The position numbers and the translations under genes were made by a program. A stretch of DNA of 64,000 nt, taken from positions 1 through 64,000 of IMG/VR virus record IMGVR_UViG_2844225640_000006, one strand, 5' to 3'. Numbering within the stretch: the stretch's first letter is position 1; each line of letters starts with the position of its first letter. This stretch comes from a virus. Its lineage: Duplodnaviria > Caudoviricetes. Positions 1 through 9,757 of this stretch are shown here, piece after piece. The notes beneath the pieces are model-generated. The model searched no databases, was not told the origin of the DNA, and saw only the letters and a program-made list of their open reading frames with translations.

Positions 1-1146
1 ATGCAGAACACACCGCTTGACGGTTTGAAGGTGGTTGAACTGGCCCGTATTCTGGCAGGCCCGTGGGTCGGTCAGACGCTTTCCGATCTGGGAGCGGACG
101 TTATCAAGGTCGAAAGCCCGGAAGGCGACGATACGCGCAAATGGGGGCCTCCCTTCATTGAAGTCGAAGGCGAGAAGTCGGCTGCCTATTTCCATGCCTG
201 CAATCGCGGCAAACGCTCGATTACAGCGGATTTCCGCTCGGAAGAAGGGCAGGAGCTGGTGCGCCGCCTCGCGGCCGATGCAGATATTGTCATTGAGAAT
301 TTCAAACTCGGCGGCCTCGATAAATATGGACTTGATTATGAGAGCCTCAAGGCCGTCAATCCGCGCCTTATCTACTGCTCCATCACCGGTTTCGGCCATG
401 ATGGCCCTTATGCCGAAAGGGCAGGTTATGACTTCATGATCCAGGGCATGGGCGGGATCATGGATCTGACTGGCGAGCCGGACCGTGAACCGCAGAAGAT
501 CGGCGTGGCTTTTGCAGACATTTTCACCGGCCTTTATAGCGTGATTGCCATCCAGTCGGCGCTGATCATGCGCCAGCGCACGGGCAAGGGGCAGCACATC
601 GATATGGCGCTGTTCGACTGCATGTCAGCAGTTCTCGCCAATCAGGCCATGAACTATCTGGCTTCCGGCGTATCCCCGAAGCGCATGGGCAACGCACATC
701 CCAATATCGCGCCATATCAGACGCTGCCGGTTTCCGACGGCTATTTCATCATCGCTTGCGGCAATGACGGCCAGTTTGGCCGGCTGGTCGGCCTGTTGGA
801 GCTTGCTGAGCTTGCGAGCGACGAACGTTTTGCCACCAATGCTGCCCGTGTCGCGAACCGGACGGCACTGACAGAACGGCTGGAAGAGCGCACGCGGCGA
901 TGGAAGCGCGACGACCTTCTGGCGCGTCTGGAAAAGATCGGCGTTCCGGCCGGGCCAATCAACTCGGTTGCCGATGTCTTTGCCGATCCGCAATTCATCG
1001 CACGTGGGATGAAGATCGATCCGCAGGGCGTACCGGGGTTGCGTACGCCGATCCGCTTCTCGGATGCCGAACTGAAAACCGACCATCGCTCACCCAATCT
1101 GGGCGAACATAGCGAAATGATCCGATCTGAACTGGATCGCAAATGA
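1..1146 (+). CDS. CaiB/BaiF family (class III) CoA-transferase, host gene
   Basis: 381 aa with family motifs LDGLKVVEL..AGP, LGADVIKVESP.GDD.R, NRGKRSI, D.VIENF and GYD..IQ. Confidence 0.93.
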   Translation: MQNTPLDGLKVVELARILAGPWVGQTLSDLGADVIKVESPEGDDTRKWGPPFIEVEGEKSAAYFHACNRGKRSITADFRSEEGQELVRRLAADADIVIENFKLGGLDKYGLDYESLKAVNPRLIYCSITGFGHDGPYAERAGYDFMIQGMGGIMDLTGEPDREPQKIGVAFADIFTGLYSVIAIQSALIMRQRTGKGQHIDMALFDCMSAVLANQAMNYLASGVSPKRMGNAHPNIAPYQTLPVSDGYFIIACGNDGQFGRLVGLLELAELASDERFATNAARVANRTALTERLEERTRRWKRDDLLARLEKIGVPAGPINSVADVFADPQFIARGMKIDPQGVPGLRTPIRFSDAELKTDHRSPNLGEHSEMIRSELDRK

Positions 1147-1153
1147 AGTGATC

Positions 1154-1179
1154 AACCCCGCTCCGGCGGGGTTTTCTTT
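1154..1179 (+). terminator. Intrinsic terminator of the CoA-transferase gene
   Basis: AACCCCGC-TCCG-GCGGGGTT followed by TTCTTT. Confidence 0.8.
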
Positions 1180-1207
1180 GCGCTGGAGAAGCACTTTCTT
1201 AAGCCGG

Positions 1208-1234
1208 AAAACAAAAACGCCCGAAAGGGCGTTT
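1208..1234 (-). terminator. Terminator downstream of the tRNA 3' remnant
   Basis: AAACGCCC-GAAA-GGGCGTTT preceded by A-runs (U-tract on minus strand). Confidence 0.65.
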
Positions 1235-1272
1235 GCTTAAAATCTAACGATTTCAATTCTCTATAAAGAGAA

Positions 1273-1295
1273 TGGTGCGGTCGAGAAGATTTGAA
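1273..1295 (-). other. Prophage attachment site: duplicated 3' end of a tRNA-Leu
   Basis: Minus strand reads TTCAAATCTTCTCGACCGCACCA (T-arm half, acceptor strand, CCA). It resembles the rhizobial tRNA-Leu 3' end as recalled, has no 5' half, and sits at the host/phage boundary. Confidence 0.8.
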
Positions 1296-1328
1296 AAGTC
1301 GCCGCATAACCCGGAAAAGGTGGGTTTA

Positions 1329-1393
1329 GGTGTCCCACGTGTAATTAATTTCACGCAATACGTTTCAATAAGATAGCATCACGGTGTCCCACG
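1329..1393. repeat. 11-bp direct repeat beside att (possible integrase arm sites)
   Basis: GGTGTCCCACG at 1329-1339 and 1383-1393. Confidence 0.5.
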
Positions 1394-1460
1394 GACGGTT
1401 GGTATTATCCACGGGTTTCTTCGGCTGTGGAAAAGCCAGAAAAGCAGACCGGTAAAACGC

Positions 1461-1491
1461 AAAAAATCCCCGCCACCTTTCGGCAGCGGGG
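1461..1491 (-). terminator. Terminator at end of late operon
   Basis: CCCCGC..GCGGGG stem with A6 on the left (U6 on minus strand). Confidence 0.65.
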
Positions 1492-1527
1492 CATATCCTT
1501 GGGAGGATTAATAGGCTTCAGATATTT

Positions 1528-1737
1528 CTACGGAGGGGAGTGGCGAGCGTAGCAGGCGTAGCTTGCGGCAGTGGACCACCCGTTCGGAGAGAGCTGGATT
1601 ATAATCTCGTCTCGGGGTGCCATACTTTCGATCAGCTGAAACACCGGCCGGTGAACAAGGAATGCGAGGAAGGCGAATAGCACCACCCACCCAAACATCC
1701 GATCGCCAATGCATGAAGATTCCGTAGGTCGTGTCAT
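1528..1737 (-). CDS. Small membrane protein
   Basis: ATG overlaps upstream stop (ATGA); one hydrophobic segment FGWVVLFAFLAFLV. Confidence 0.4.
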   Translation of the reverse strand: MTRPTESSCIGDRMFGWVVLFAFLAFLVHRPVFQLIESMAPRDEIIIQLSPNGWSTAASYACYARHSPP

Positions 1738-2039
1738 TTTCCACCTCTGAGTGCGCGAACGAAATCGAGCAGTGTCTTCCCATCGATGTTCGCGGTGAAC
1801 CGTGTGAGCGCATAGCCCATCATGGCAAACAGACCGGCCACACCATTTCGGTAAGTGCCCGGTTCCAACTGCATGAAGTCGATGAAGGGGTCCGCCAAGA
1901 CGGTGGCGCAAAACAAACCAGCTGCGACACGGGTCACAGCCACGAGGAACGAATGCCGCTCCGATGACAATACCGAGACAATCAACCCTCCGGCCGTCGC
2001 CAGCATAAAGCCCATATGCTCTTTAAAAAGATCGTTCAT
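1734..2039 (-). CDS. Holin-like membrane protein
   Basis: 101 aa, about 3 hydrophobic segments, basic C-terminus, within lysis cluster. Confidence 0.55.
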   Translation of the reverse strand: MNDLFKEHMGFMLATAGGLIVSVLSSERHSFLVAVTRVAAGLFCATVLADPFIDFMQLEPGTYRNGVAGLFAMMGYALTRFTANIDGKTLLDFVRALRGGK

Positions 2040-2269
2040 TATTCCCGCGCCCTTCTTGCGCCTTCATCGAGCCGCTCCCATTCAGTCGCCAGCACATCGA
2101 GATCCTTGGAGGGCGCGGCCTGTTCAAGGTAATCGAGTATTGCCTGCTGTCTGGATGCCGGCGTCGGGGCAGGGCACGCCCGCCCCAATGCCAAGTCAGT
2201 CTGCTGCCCCGATGCGGTCACGCAGCCTGCGAGCGACATCAGAAGCAGTACCCCTATCGGCCATGTCAT
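2039..2269 (-). CDS. Outer-membrane spanin (Rz1-like lipoprotein)
   Basis: Signal peptide with lipobox LAG-C; overlaps 3' end of upstream gene. Confidence 0.65.
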   Translation of the reverse strand: MTWPIGVLLLMSLAGCVTASGQQTDLALGRACPAPTPASRQQAILDYLEQAAPSKDLDVLATEWERLDEGARRARE

Positions 2270-2444
2270 TTTCACGTTGCACATCGGCTTTGCCCTGCAG
2301 CTGCTTCGATATCTCGCTCACGGCATCGGCTGCACCGAGATCCTTCAAGGTGCGCTCATAGCGCCAGTCCTTAACCAGATCCCGGATTAGCGAGGCCAGC
2401 GCTCCTGCCAGTACGGATAGGAGAGCTTCAAGCACTGCCGCCAC
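2196..2444 (-). CDS. Inner-membrane spanin (Rz-like); start uncertain
   Basis: N-terminal hydrophobic anchor then helical segment; overlaps the lipoprotein gene. Confidence 0.55.
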   Translation of the reverse strand: MAAVLEALLSVLAGALASLIRDLVKDWRYERTLKDLGAADAVSEISKQLQGKADVQRENDMADRGTASDVARRLRDRIGAAD

Positions 2445-2955
2445 CTTTGCCCTTCGGCTTCTCGTCGTAAGGCACGAGCTCGGAAACGGCTGGATAAACA
2501 TTCAGCTTTGCTTCGAGGAGATCGCCCAGGCGCTCAGGAGTCAGGCCGAAGAATTTCACTGCGTCCGGTGCAGACTTGAAAACGTAGTCGATAGCGGCGG
2601 CGAGCACTGCGCTCTTCACATTGATCGAAGCCTTATTGGCTTTGTCTTCGAGACGGTTGAGCCCGAAGTTGACTGCGTTCTGCAGCGTGGTCTGCAAGGC
2701 GTCTCGATGACTGGCTTCGATGTTCAAGCCCGTAAGCTTTGACCATTTCACGAGGAGCCAACCTACTGCCGCAGCGACAAGAGCGAATGCCGCTTCCTGA
2801 ATGTACGGCATGAAGACGTCGAAGATTGTCGAGGCCTTCACCGATGTCGCTGCGTCCTGCGCCAGAGCACCGGCAACCGCACCGATGAGGATGAAGGCTG
2901 CGCCAACCAGCGCGAGGACGACATACGCGGAAAGCGCTTTGATGGAATAGTTCAT
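2428..2955 (-). CDS. Holin-like membrane protein
   Basis: 175 aa, two hydrophobic segments, directly after endolysin. Confidence 0.55.
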   Translation of the reverse strand: MNYSIKALSAYVVLALVGAAFILIGAVAGALAQDAATSVKASTIFDVFMPYIQEAAFALVAAAVGWLLVKWSKLTGLNIEASHRDALQTTLQNAVNFGLNRLEDKANKASINVKSAVLAAAIDYVFKSAPDAVKFFGLTPERLGDLLEAKLNVYPAVSELVPYDEKPKGKGGGSA

Positions 2956-2995
2956 GGGGATTACTCCTTAAAGGACCGCCTGGGCGGCTGATTGG

Positions 2996-3835
2996 TCAGG
3001 CGAGGTCAGCTTCGAGACTGTCGAGCAGCCTGCGGATCTCTGCGATTTTCTGACGCTTCGGGTTCGGCTTGGTGTCTGTCTCGACTGCCGGGCCGTCGAC
3101 CACATCGAAGTCGCTGCGGTCAGCCCATACGAGATAGCCAGCCGGAGTCTCGATCTGGATGAGCATCCCATCGACCGCGACCACTTCAACAGTCGTGCCT
3201 GCGGGGATACTTCCGGTGTCCGGGCCACCCTTCTGCGTTCGGGTTTTGGCGAGGGTGACGGCTTGGGCCATGCCGCCGACGGGCATAGGCTCGAGAGCGA
3301 CCGTAGAGCCGCCCTTCATGCGCGCGGAAACCTCCGAACGCATGCGGTTGCCAATGTGGGTCGCGCCGGTAATGCTACCGTCGAATGGCAAGCGGGTAAC
3401 GTCCCACTTGTTTTTCTGCTTGATACCAAGGTTCGTCTGGACCTCGGCGTGAAACAGGATCGTCTTCGGCGTGACCTCGATCCCGTAGGTGGCAGCCAGC
3501 TCGGCCACGGCTTCTACCAGAGCATCCCATTGCACTTTCGTGATCGGATACTTGCCGGCATTGAACGGCGACTCCACAGCCCCGGCCATACCGCACATCG
3601 AGATCCCGATAGAATCCGTATTGCAATTGAGCGTGTGCGCCGCATAGCTATCGGTCAGCTTGCCGGAGTTCGCCGCAATGGAAGCGATCCCTCGGACAGT
3701 CGACCCGTCACCCTGCACGAGGATGTGATAAGCCTTCTTGTCGACGTCGTTGGCAGTGTTCGTGCCAGCCGTCCAATGGCAGATGATCCGCTTCATAGGG
3801 ACGTGCGGCATCCATTGCGCCGGAATGCGCGACAT
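2996..3835 (-). CDS. Endolysin: N-acetylmuramoyl-L-alanine amidase with SH3-like C-terminal domain
   Basis: IICHWTAG, YHILV, AHT..N.DSIGIS and ILFHAE amidase_2 motifs. Confidence 0.85.
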   Translation of the reverse strand: MSRIPAQWMPHVPMKRIICHWTAGTNTANDVDKKAYHILVQGDGSTVRGIASIAANSGKLTDSYAAHTLNCNTDSIGISMCGMAGAVESPFNAGKYPITKVQWDALVEAVAELAATYGIEVTPKTILFHAEVQTNLGIKQKNKWDVTRLPFDGSITGATHIGNRMRSEVSARMKGGSTVALEPMPVGGMAQAVTLAKTRTQKGGPDTGSIPAGTTVEVVAVDGMLIQIETPAGYLVWADRSDFDVVDGPAVETDTKPNPKRQKIAEIRRLLDSLEADLA

Positions 3836-3924
3836 GATGATTCTCCTGAATGATGTTCGGTGTGCCCGCCCGCTCCGGGTGGAAGGGGAAGCAGGCGGGC
3901 TACGTCATCCCGCGAGGGAGACGA

Positions 3925-4167
3925 TCAATCCCACAGGGTCTTGAACGACTGAGCCTGTTCTTCCTGCGAGATGGTGGGGAGGACGACCCTCAGCCCGGCC
4001 GGGAGCACCGGGCCATAAGCGAAAAGATCTGGGTTGGCTTCCAGCAAAGCCTCGGTGTTCTTGCCGTGCTTGCCGTAATATTTGTAGGCAATGGCGTCGA
4101 CCACGTCGCCGTCGATGGTGATGTAGACCTTCTGGCCGGTGATGCTCGTCACAATGCGGTTCAGCAT
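3925..4167 (-). CDS. Tail protein X (P2 GpX, LysM-like)
   Basis: GD.VDAIAYKYYG..LLEANP.L...GPVLPAGL.V.LP. Confidence 0.88.
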   Translation of the reverse strand: MLNRIVTSITGQKVYITIDGDVVDAIAYKYYGKHGKNTEALLEANPDLFAYGPVLPAGLRVVLPTISQEEQAQSFKTLWD

Positions 4168-4176
4168 TGCCGCCTC

Positions 4177-5322
4177 CTATCCGATATTGGAACCGGGATC
4201 GCCGGTCAGGCTTGGTGCACCAGCTTCGAGACCGGATCTCGGTACTGCGCCAGCAGGGTTTGTTTTCGTAGACGACGAAGCAGACGAGGAGGAAGACTTG
4301 CCGGAGCCGGAGCCTGGGCCAGAACCGCTATTGTCATTCGGCTTCGTGCAGGACAGCGACGTTGTGTATGCGCCGCTGGCCGAGAAGTTGTGAGTGACAG
4401 ATCGGATTGACCAGATTCCGTCCACATTCGAGCGGCACCCGCTGACGACAGCGTTGGCTTCCGCCTGGGCGAAAGGCTCACCGTTAATCTCGAACGTCGC
4501 ATCACCAGTATCGCGGTTGAGCTTCTTCGCTTGCGCCTTGGCAGCACGTTGCGCTTCATCCTTGTCCTGATGAGGGGTGCGTATCGTGAACCGAGGCCCA
4601 TCCAAACCCGTCTTCTCCTCGACCGTTTCCTTCTTGTTTTTCTTCCGGTCGTAGTAGGACGCCTCAACAGTCGAGTGTCGCGGCTCGTCCTTCTCCGTGA
4701 CGGAGTATTTCAAAAGATTGGAACCGCGCGCCACCAGAACGTCAGGGAGTCCCGTCCCGCTTGCGCTGAGACTATCGCCACGAGAAACGACAACAAGACG
4801 GCCGGACTTAACAGTGATCGATGCATTCAGCTTGTCGCCTATGCGGGTCAGGAACTCGAGGGAGTTCTCTTCGGTCTGCGCTTCGTAAACGTTGACCGTA
4901 GCCTTGATGTCATTCGAAATCGTGAGCGTAAGACCTATCCGTCCCGCGACGTCACTGAAAATGTCGCCGTAGGTTGCGAAGTCTTTCTTCGGATACGCCT
5001 TCGGATCTCGCTGCTTGGCAAGGGACTTAGCCGCAACCGACTTCGCCTGAATCGTGATCTGCTGAGGCCAGCCAGAGAAGACGACGGAGTCCACAGAGAA
5101 CTGGCCGAAGTCCCTCATCCGGCCTTCATAACCACCGACTGGATTCAGGATCGCTCCCGTCTTCGGGGCGGCGACAGATCCGTCGACGTCTGAAATCACA
5201 ATAGACAGCGTGTCCGACTTGGAGCCGACGCCGTCCGTAATCGTCATGGTCACGCCAGATCCAGCGATCCGACCTGTGATGTCCACGCCGTTGGCGCTGA
5301 TCGAGAATTTAGGAACCGGCAT
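4177..5322 (-). CDS. Late control protein D / baseplate hub (P2 GpD-like)
   Basis: TITD..G..SDTL, Q..E....FLTR, and position in U-D-X order. Confidence 0.85.
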   Translation of the reverse strand: MPVPKFSISANGVDITGRIAGSGVTMTITDGVGSKSDTLSIVISDVDGSVAAPKTGAILNPVGGYEGRMRDFGQFSVDSVVFSGWPQQITIQAKSVAAKSLAKQRDPKAYPKKDFATYGDIFSDVAGRIGLTLTISNDIKATVNVYEAQTEENSLEFLTRIGDKLNASITVKSGRLVVVSRGDSLSASGTGLPDVLVARGSNLLKYSVTEKDEPRHSTVEASYYDRKKNKKETVEEKTGLDGPRFTIRTPHQDKDEAQRAAKAQAKKLNRDTGDATFEINGEPFAQAEANAVVSGCRSNVDGIWSIRSVTHNFSASGAYTTSLSCTKPNDNSGSGPGSGSGKSSSSSASSSTKTNPAGAVPRSGLEAGAPSLTGDPGSNIG

Positions 5323-5819
5323 TAGAACCCAAGCCTCAGAGATGCGCTGAACGAACCGCTCGACCCGACGCCGAGGCTGAGCGAGATCCCGCCAGCCGAC
5401 AGAGACAGCGCCGCCATGCGCGCTGCTGACTGATCGTATCTCTTCAGCTTCAAGCTGACGGTCACGGTCTGCGGCGTGCCTGCGTTGTCGAACGTCGTCT
5501 CTTCATTGCTGATCGACGTCGCCAGCCACATGCCGAAAATGTTCTGTCCAGCTCCGTTGACATGAACGAGGTGAAGAGGGAGCTGTGCGTTGACAGCTTC
5601 TCTTACACCCGCGAGCTGACTCAGCCCCCGACCATTGAAATGCCGGGGGTGAAAGGTTGAGCTGAGAGTTATCTCCTCAGCGCCGGGACCAAGGCGATGC
5701 ATAAGAGGAGCTGCACCAATGATAGGCTGCTCCTCCATGCGCGGCGACAGGGACCGGCTGATCGTCTCGACCGAGTAGTTCGGTACTGTGAACCGGAACG
5801 GTCCCCATGCCATGAGCAT
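5322..5819 (-). CDS. Tail protein GpU-like
   Basis: MLMAWGPFRF, LGPG.E.ITLS, G.W...SI; follows tape measure gene. Confidence 0.85.
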   Translation of the reverse strand: MLMAWGPFRFTVPNYSVETISRSLSPRMEEQPIIGAAPLMHRLGPGAEEITLSSTFHPRHFNGRGLSQLAGVREAVNAQLPLHLVHVNGAGQNIFGMWLATSISNEETTFDNAGTPQTVTVSLKLKRYDQSAARMAALSLSAGGISLSLGVGSSGSFSASLRLGF

Positions 5820-8641
5820 TATCCATCTCCGTATGAAAGATTGCCGAAGTAGGTCTGCACCGAGCGAGAGAGCTTGCCCTCAAGCTGAGCAAGCGCCTGC
5901 TCAACGCCTTGCTGGACTGCGGCCTTAACACTGGCAGCATCTGCACCAGCGCCGACGGTGATACCGCCGAGGTTGATCGGAGCATGAACAGTGACGCCCC
6001 CGCCACCGATCTTGTGGTTCGGGATGATCGTCCCGTCCGCACCAGGCGCGAAGAGTTCCTGTCCCTTCTCGTTGATCTGGTATAGGCCGCCAGCCTTCAC
6101 AGGACCGCCGCCAGCGCGCTTGCCGTCAAGCTTTGGATCAAGTGACCCGCCCGACGGAGAAACCGCTGCAGAGCCGCCGCGTGCCACCGTGGCGAACTGA
6201 CGGGCCAGACCGAGGGCTCTTTCAAGCTGGCTCGTGTCTATCGTCAGGGCACCGTTGACCGTCAGCGCCTCCTTGATTTGCTCACCCGTGGCCTGAGCTT
6301 TCGCTTCGGCCTCGGCACCTCCCGTCATCAGCACGCCGATGTATTCCCGGATTCCTTGCTGAGCAGCAATCGGCCACTGCGCGGTCTGCTGCGAGATGTC
6401 GACCTCGAGAGCTTCCTTCGGTGTGCGCTTGCGACCAAGCTGAACGTTCGACGGGTTGATGCCTGTGTGCTTTTCCACCCATGCGTCAATGCCGCTCGTC
6501 AGCCCCCACAGGTTTCCCTCTGGGTCGGTCTGGTTAAGAGCCGTAGCCGTAAGAGCGCCGGCACCAAGCGGACTGGCTATTGCCCGCCCGCCAAGTCTGA
6601 GGGCTCCTCTCAGGAGTCCACCGCCAGCAGCTCCAGCAGCCGCGCCACCAGCTGCACCACCTGCCGCACCTGCTCCACCGCCAAGGATTCGAGCGAGTAA
6701 CCCTCGGCCCGCACTCATGGCAGCGTAGCCACCGGCAGCAAGGGCGAGGGCACCCAGAGCTTCAATAACTCGGCGAGTGGTGGTGCTTAACTGAGTGAAC
6801 TCAGAAGCAAGCCAATCGACCGACTTGAGAACGCTGCTGATCGGCTTTTCCCAATCGCTCACGATCTTGATGAGCGCCGTTTCCACGGCACCCGTCGCGC
6901 GCGTGTAATCACCGTAGAGACCTTCGTTCGCCTTCACGCCGATCTTATTGGTAATACCTTCCGGCGTGTTCTGCATGAGCCCGATGGTCTGCTGAAACTC
7001 GGGGAACCGGTCAGACAGAACGCCAGCACGTGCACCCTGCCTCTGCGTAAAGAACGCATTGAGCTGAGCAATCGTCGGGTCTGACTTCAGGATGTCCATG
7101 AGCAGGCGTTCGGAGTCGACGCTCTCGGCACTGAACTTGTGGAAATCGCCAAGCTTCTTGGCAACGTCCTTCTTGTCCTTTGCCGACATCTTTCCGAACA
7201 ACGGTTCCAGGATGTCCATAATGCCGGAGGTAAACATGCCGCGGTCGCTGCCGACTGGCATCTCTTCACCGAGATCTTCATTGAGGAACGTGCCCTCATC
7301 GATGTACTTGGTGATCGCATCCTGCATTTCTTTGTTGACCCGGACACCGAAGTTTTCCTGGATCATCTTTGCAATGCCGCCCACCTTGAAGGCTTCCGGC
7401 TGCGTCACGTAGTCATCGAAATTAAGGCCCATACTCTGGAGAGCGACACGGCCGGGGTTGGTTGGTGCGCCGAGCTTCGCCGCTGCGGTACGCGAGAACA
7501 CACCAGCTTCATCACCCTTGTAACCTGCGCGGCGGAGAACAACGCCCATTGCGTTGGCAACAGGATCCGACAATCCGATGCTCTTCATGGCGCCGCCGCC
7601 ATAACGCACATATTGCCGGACGTCGCTGTCGTCCATGCCGCCGTTCTTCGCCATCCATACGAGGTTGTCCACGTACTTCTGCACGGCCTTCAGGTCGTTC
7701 ATCGGGATCTGACGAATCTGCGTCGAGCTTCGGATGGTTTCCGTAGCTTCTTCCAGAGTGACGTTCATCGCCAGCGCATAGTCAGTGATCGGGCCGAGCA
7801 AATTCATGATGGTATTCGCATCACGGATACCGCCCTGCAGCACACCTACCTGAGATTGAACGACGTCGGCATTCGTGAAGCGGGTTTCGTAACCGATCTT
7901 CTCGGCCTGCGCATTCATCTTTGCCTTGTCCGTGGCACTGAATATGTCGTAGCCAAGAGCGTCACGGTAGGCTGTCGCCTGATCGTAGGACACTGTGTCC
8001 ATGAATGCATTGCGTGCCACACCGCCAGCACGGACAGCAGCATAACCACCAGCTGCGCCAGCGATCGTGCCGCCTACAGAGGAGCCAGAGCGACCCGGTC
8101 GTGGCGGCTTTGCCGGAGGCTGCTTGCGGTTTTCCCGCTCCATCTCACGCATCTTGCGGATGGTCTGGGCCAGCTGATCGCGGATAGCGCGCTGAGACTG
8201 ACCAATGCCGTTTTTGCTATTGATGCTAAATGATCTCAGCGATTGCTCTGCCGAACGTGCGGCGGCTCGCTGTTCCTGGAAAGCTGTCGTCGCTGCCTTG
8301 AGTGCAGAACGTGCCGACCGCATGTCAGCATTCAGCTTCGCCGTGGGCTTGGTCACCGACGCGAGCGCGGCTTCCAACTCCTTAACGCGGGTGCGAGCTG
8401 TCCGAAATTCACCGAACGCTGCCGCTGTACCGCGCCGCAGATCCTTGAAGTCGCCGACTGCTGCAGCCTTCCGGCGCAAGTAGTCGAGCTGGCTGCCGAG
8501 GTTCTTGGCCCCGGCAACACCGTTCTTCCCAAGCTTGGCAATCGAGGACTCGAGACCCTTGAGGGCTTCCGTGGATTTCTTGGATGGGCCGCTGACGGAA
8601 TCGATCAGCTGAAGACGAAGAGTGGCTACCCGAGATGCCAT
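5819..8641 (-). CDS. Tail tape measure protein
   Basis: 940 aa, Ala/Gly-rich helical, LQLIDSVSGP N-terminus, RAGGGPV..G..Y..NEKGQELF.P C-terminal motif. Confidence 0.9.
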   Translation of the reverse strand: MASRVATLRLQLIDSVSGPSKKSTEALKGLESSIAKLGKNGVAGAKNLGSQLDYLRRKAAAVGDFKDLRRGTAAAFGEFRTARTRVKELEAALASVTKPTAKLNADMRSARSALKAATTAFQEQRAAARSAEQSLRSFSINSKNGIGQSQRAIRDQLAQTIRKMREMERENRKQPPAKPPRPGRSGSSVGGTIAGAAGGYAAVRAGGVARNAFMDTVSYDQATAYRDALGYDIFSATDKAKMNAQAEKIGYETRFTNADVVQSQVGVLQGGIRDANTIMNLLGPITDYALAMNVTLEEATETIRSSTQIRQIPMNDLKAVQKYVDNLVWMAKNGGMDDSDVRQYVRYGGGAMKSIGLSDPVANAMGVVLRRAGYKGDEAGVFSRTAAAKLGAPTNPGRVALQSMGLNFDDYVTQPEAFKVGGIAKMIQENFGVRVNKEMQDAITKYIDEGTFLNEDLGEEMPVGSDRGMFTSGIMDILEPLFGKMSAKDKKDVAKKLGDFHKFSAESVDSERLLMDILKSDPTIAQLNAFFTQRQGARAGVLSDRFPEFQQTIGLMQNTPEGITNKIGVKANEGLYGDYTRATGAVETALIKIVSDWEKPISSVLKSVDWLASEFTQLSTTTRRVIEALGALALAAGGYAAMSAGRGLLARILGGGAGAAGGAAGGAAAGAAGGGLLRGALRLGGRAIASPLGAGALTATALNQTDPEGNLWGLTSGIDAWVEKHTGINPSNVQLGRKRTPKEALEVDISQQTAQWPIAAQQGIREYIGVLMTGGAEAEAKAQATGEQIKEALTVNGALTIDTSQLERALGLARQFATVARGGSAAVSPSGGSLDPKLDGKRAGGGPVKAGGLYQINEKGQELFAPGADGTIIPNHKIGGGGVTVHAPINLGGITVGAGADAASVKAAVQQGVEQALAQLEGKLSRSVQTYFGNLSYGDG

Positions 8642-8651
8642 GACTATCCAC

Positions 8652-8843
8652 CTACATTATCTGGATAGCCTCTTCCCAAAGCCCGACAAGCTGAGGAAAC
8701 GTCATTTCCAGAATGGATTCAAACGTTACCCCGCCGCTGGTTTCACGCATCACCTTGAAGGAGATAGCCAGCCAAGCGTCTATTCTTGCGGGGATGGGGT
8801 CTCCGTAGCCCCCTCTCGGGGCAACGTTGACTGTGCGAAAAAA
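8652..8843 (-). CDS. Frameshift extension of tail assembly chaperone (E'-like)
   Basis: Reached by -1 shift at TTTTTTC (8843-8837); ends ILEMTFPQLVGLWEEA, similar to GpE'. Confidence 0.65.
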   Translation of the reverse strand, partial: FFRTVNVAPRGGYGDPIPARIDAWLAISFKVMRETSGGVTFESILEMTFPQLVGLWEEAIQIM

Positions 8844-9223
8844 CCTTCTTGCGCCGCCTCCACGCGGGATGCGTCGACAAAGTCGAGGCTCTCGAGGACA
8901 ACGGCCGGCGCGCTCACCCACGGCATGTCGACCTTTTCGTCGGCCCCCTTGCCATGTTGCTTAACCGCCTCGGCGCATTCCTGAAGGTAGTCTCGCCACT
9001 CCCGCATGATCGGGCGGCGGACGGTAATTTCGCTGTAGACGACGCCGTCGTACTCGACAGGGAAGTCGAGAGACACGACCATCTCCCGTCGTCCGCCGTC
9101 GCCAACAAAACGAGGAGGTTGCTTTGCAACGGCCTCCTGCAACGTCTTGGCTTCTGCATTGCGAGCTTCCACCCTCGCGAGTTCCTCTCGGCTGAGAGAC
9201 TTCGTGACCTGGTTCATGACCAC
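8780..9223 (-). CDS. Tail assembly chaperone (GpE-like)
   Basis: L.FPVEYDG..Y.EITVRRP, LESLDFVD; between tube and tape measure genes. Confidence 0.8.
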   Translation of the reverse strand: MVMNQVTKSLSREELARVEARNAEAKTLQEAVAKQPPRFVGDGGRREMVVSLDFPVEYDGVVYSEITVRRPIMREWRDYLQECAEAVKQHGKGADEKVDMPWVSAPAVVLESLDFVDASRVEAAQEGFFAQSTLPREGATETPSPQE

Positions 9224-9247
9224 TCTCCTGAAATGAAAACGCCCGGC

Positions 9248-9757
9248 TTAGTAGCCGAGCGCCTGATTGAGTTCGGCGAGCTGGTTCACGCCGTTGATGA
9301 TGCGTTTCGGAGGCCACGCCTGAAGCTCGTGGACGACGTCGATGCCGGTCTCGTAACGCATGTACTTGATGCTGTTCATCACGAACTCGACGCCGCCCTT
9401 TTCGCCACGCTGCCAGCGATCACGGGAGCTGCCGTTGATCTGGCCTTCGACGATGCAGACGTGCGCGTCGATCCCGCCGTCCAGCTCACGGAGCACACCG
9501 CCACGGAACGTGACGCGAGTGGTCAGACCCGGACGGAGCGCCATGCGCTTCATGATGTCGGGATTGTGGCCCGCCATCTTCACGGTGACTTCGAGTGCTT
9601 CGATGGCCGACATCGCCTGAGAGACGCCAAGATCCATACCGCCGCCGCGATAGTCCTGAGTCATCGGACGGGGAAGGGGCAGGTCCACCTCTTCCGTGTC
9701 GATACCGAAGTCGAGGCCATCCAGGAACATGGTGAAGCCTTGCAAAATATGCCGCAT
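9248..9757 (-). CDS. Tail tube protein (P2 FII-like)
   Basis: F.MFLDG, LP, YRGGGM, W..GEK, IING.NQL....ALG. Confidence 0.9.
   Translation of the reverse strand: MRHILQGFTMFLDGLDFGIDTEEVDLPLPRPMTQDYRGGGMDLGVSQAMSAIEALEVTVKMAGHNPDIMKRMALRPGLTTRVTFRGGVLRELDGGIDAHVCIVEGQINGSSRDRWQRGEKGGVEFVMNSIKYMRYETGIDVVHELQAWPPKRIINGVNQLAELNQALGY

Noticed and set aside
1273-1350. Intact tRNA gene
   Set aside because: Only the 3' 23 nt are tRNA-like; no D-arm, anticodon arm or 5' acceptor strand
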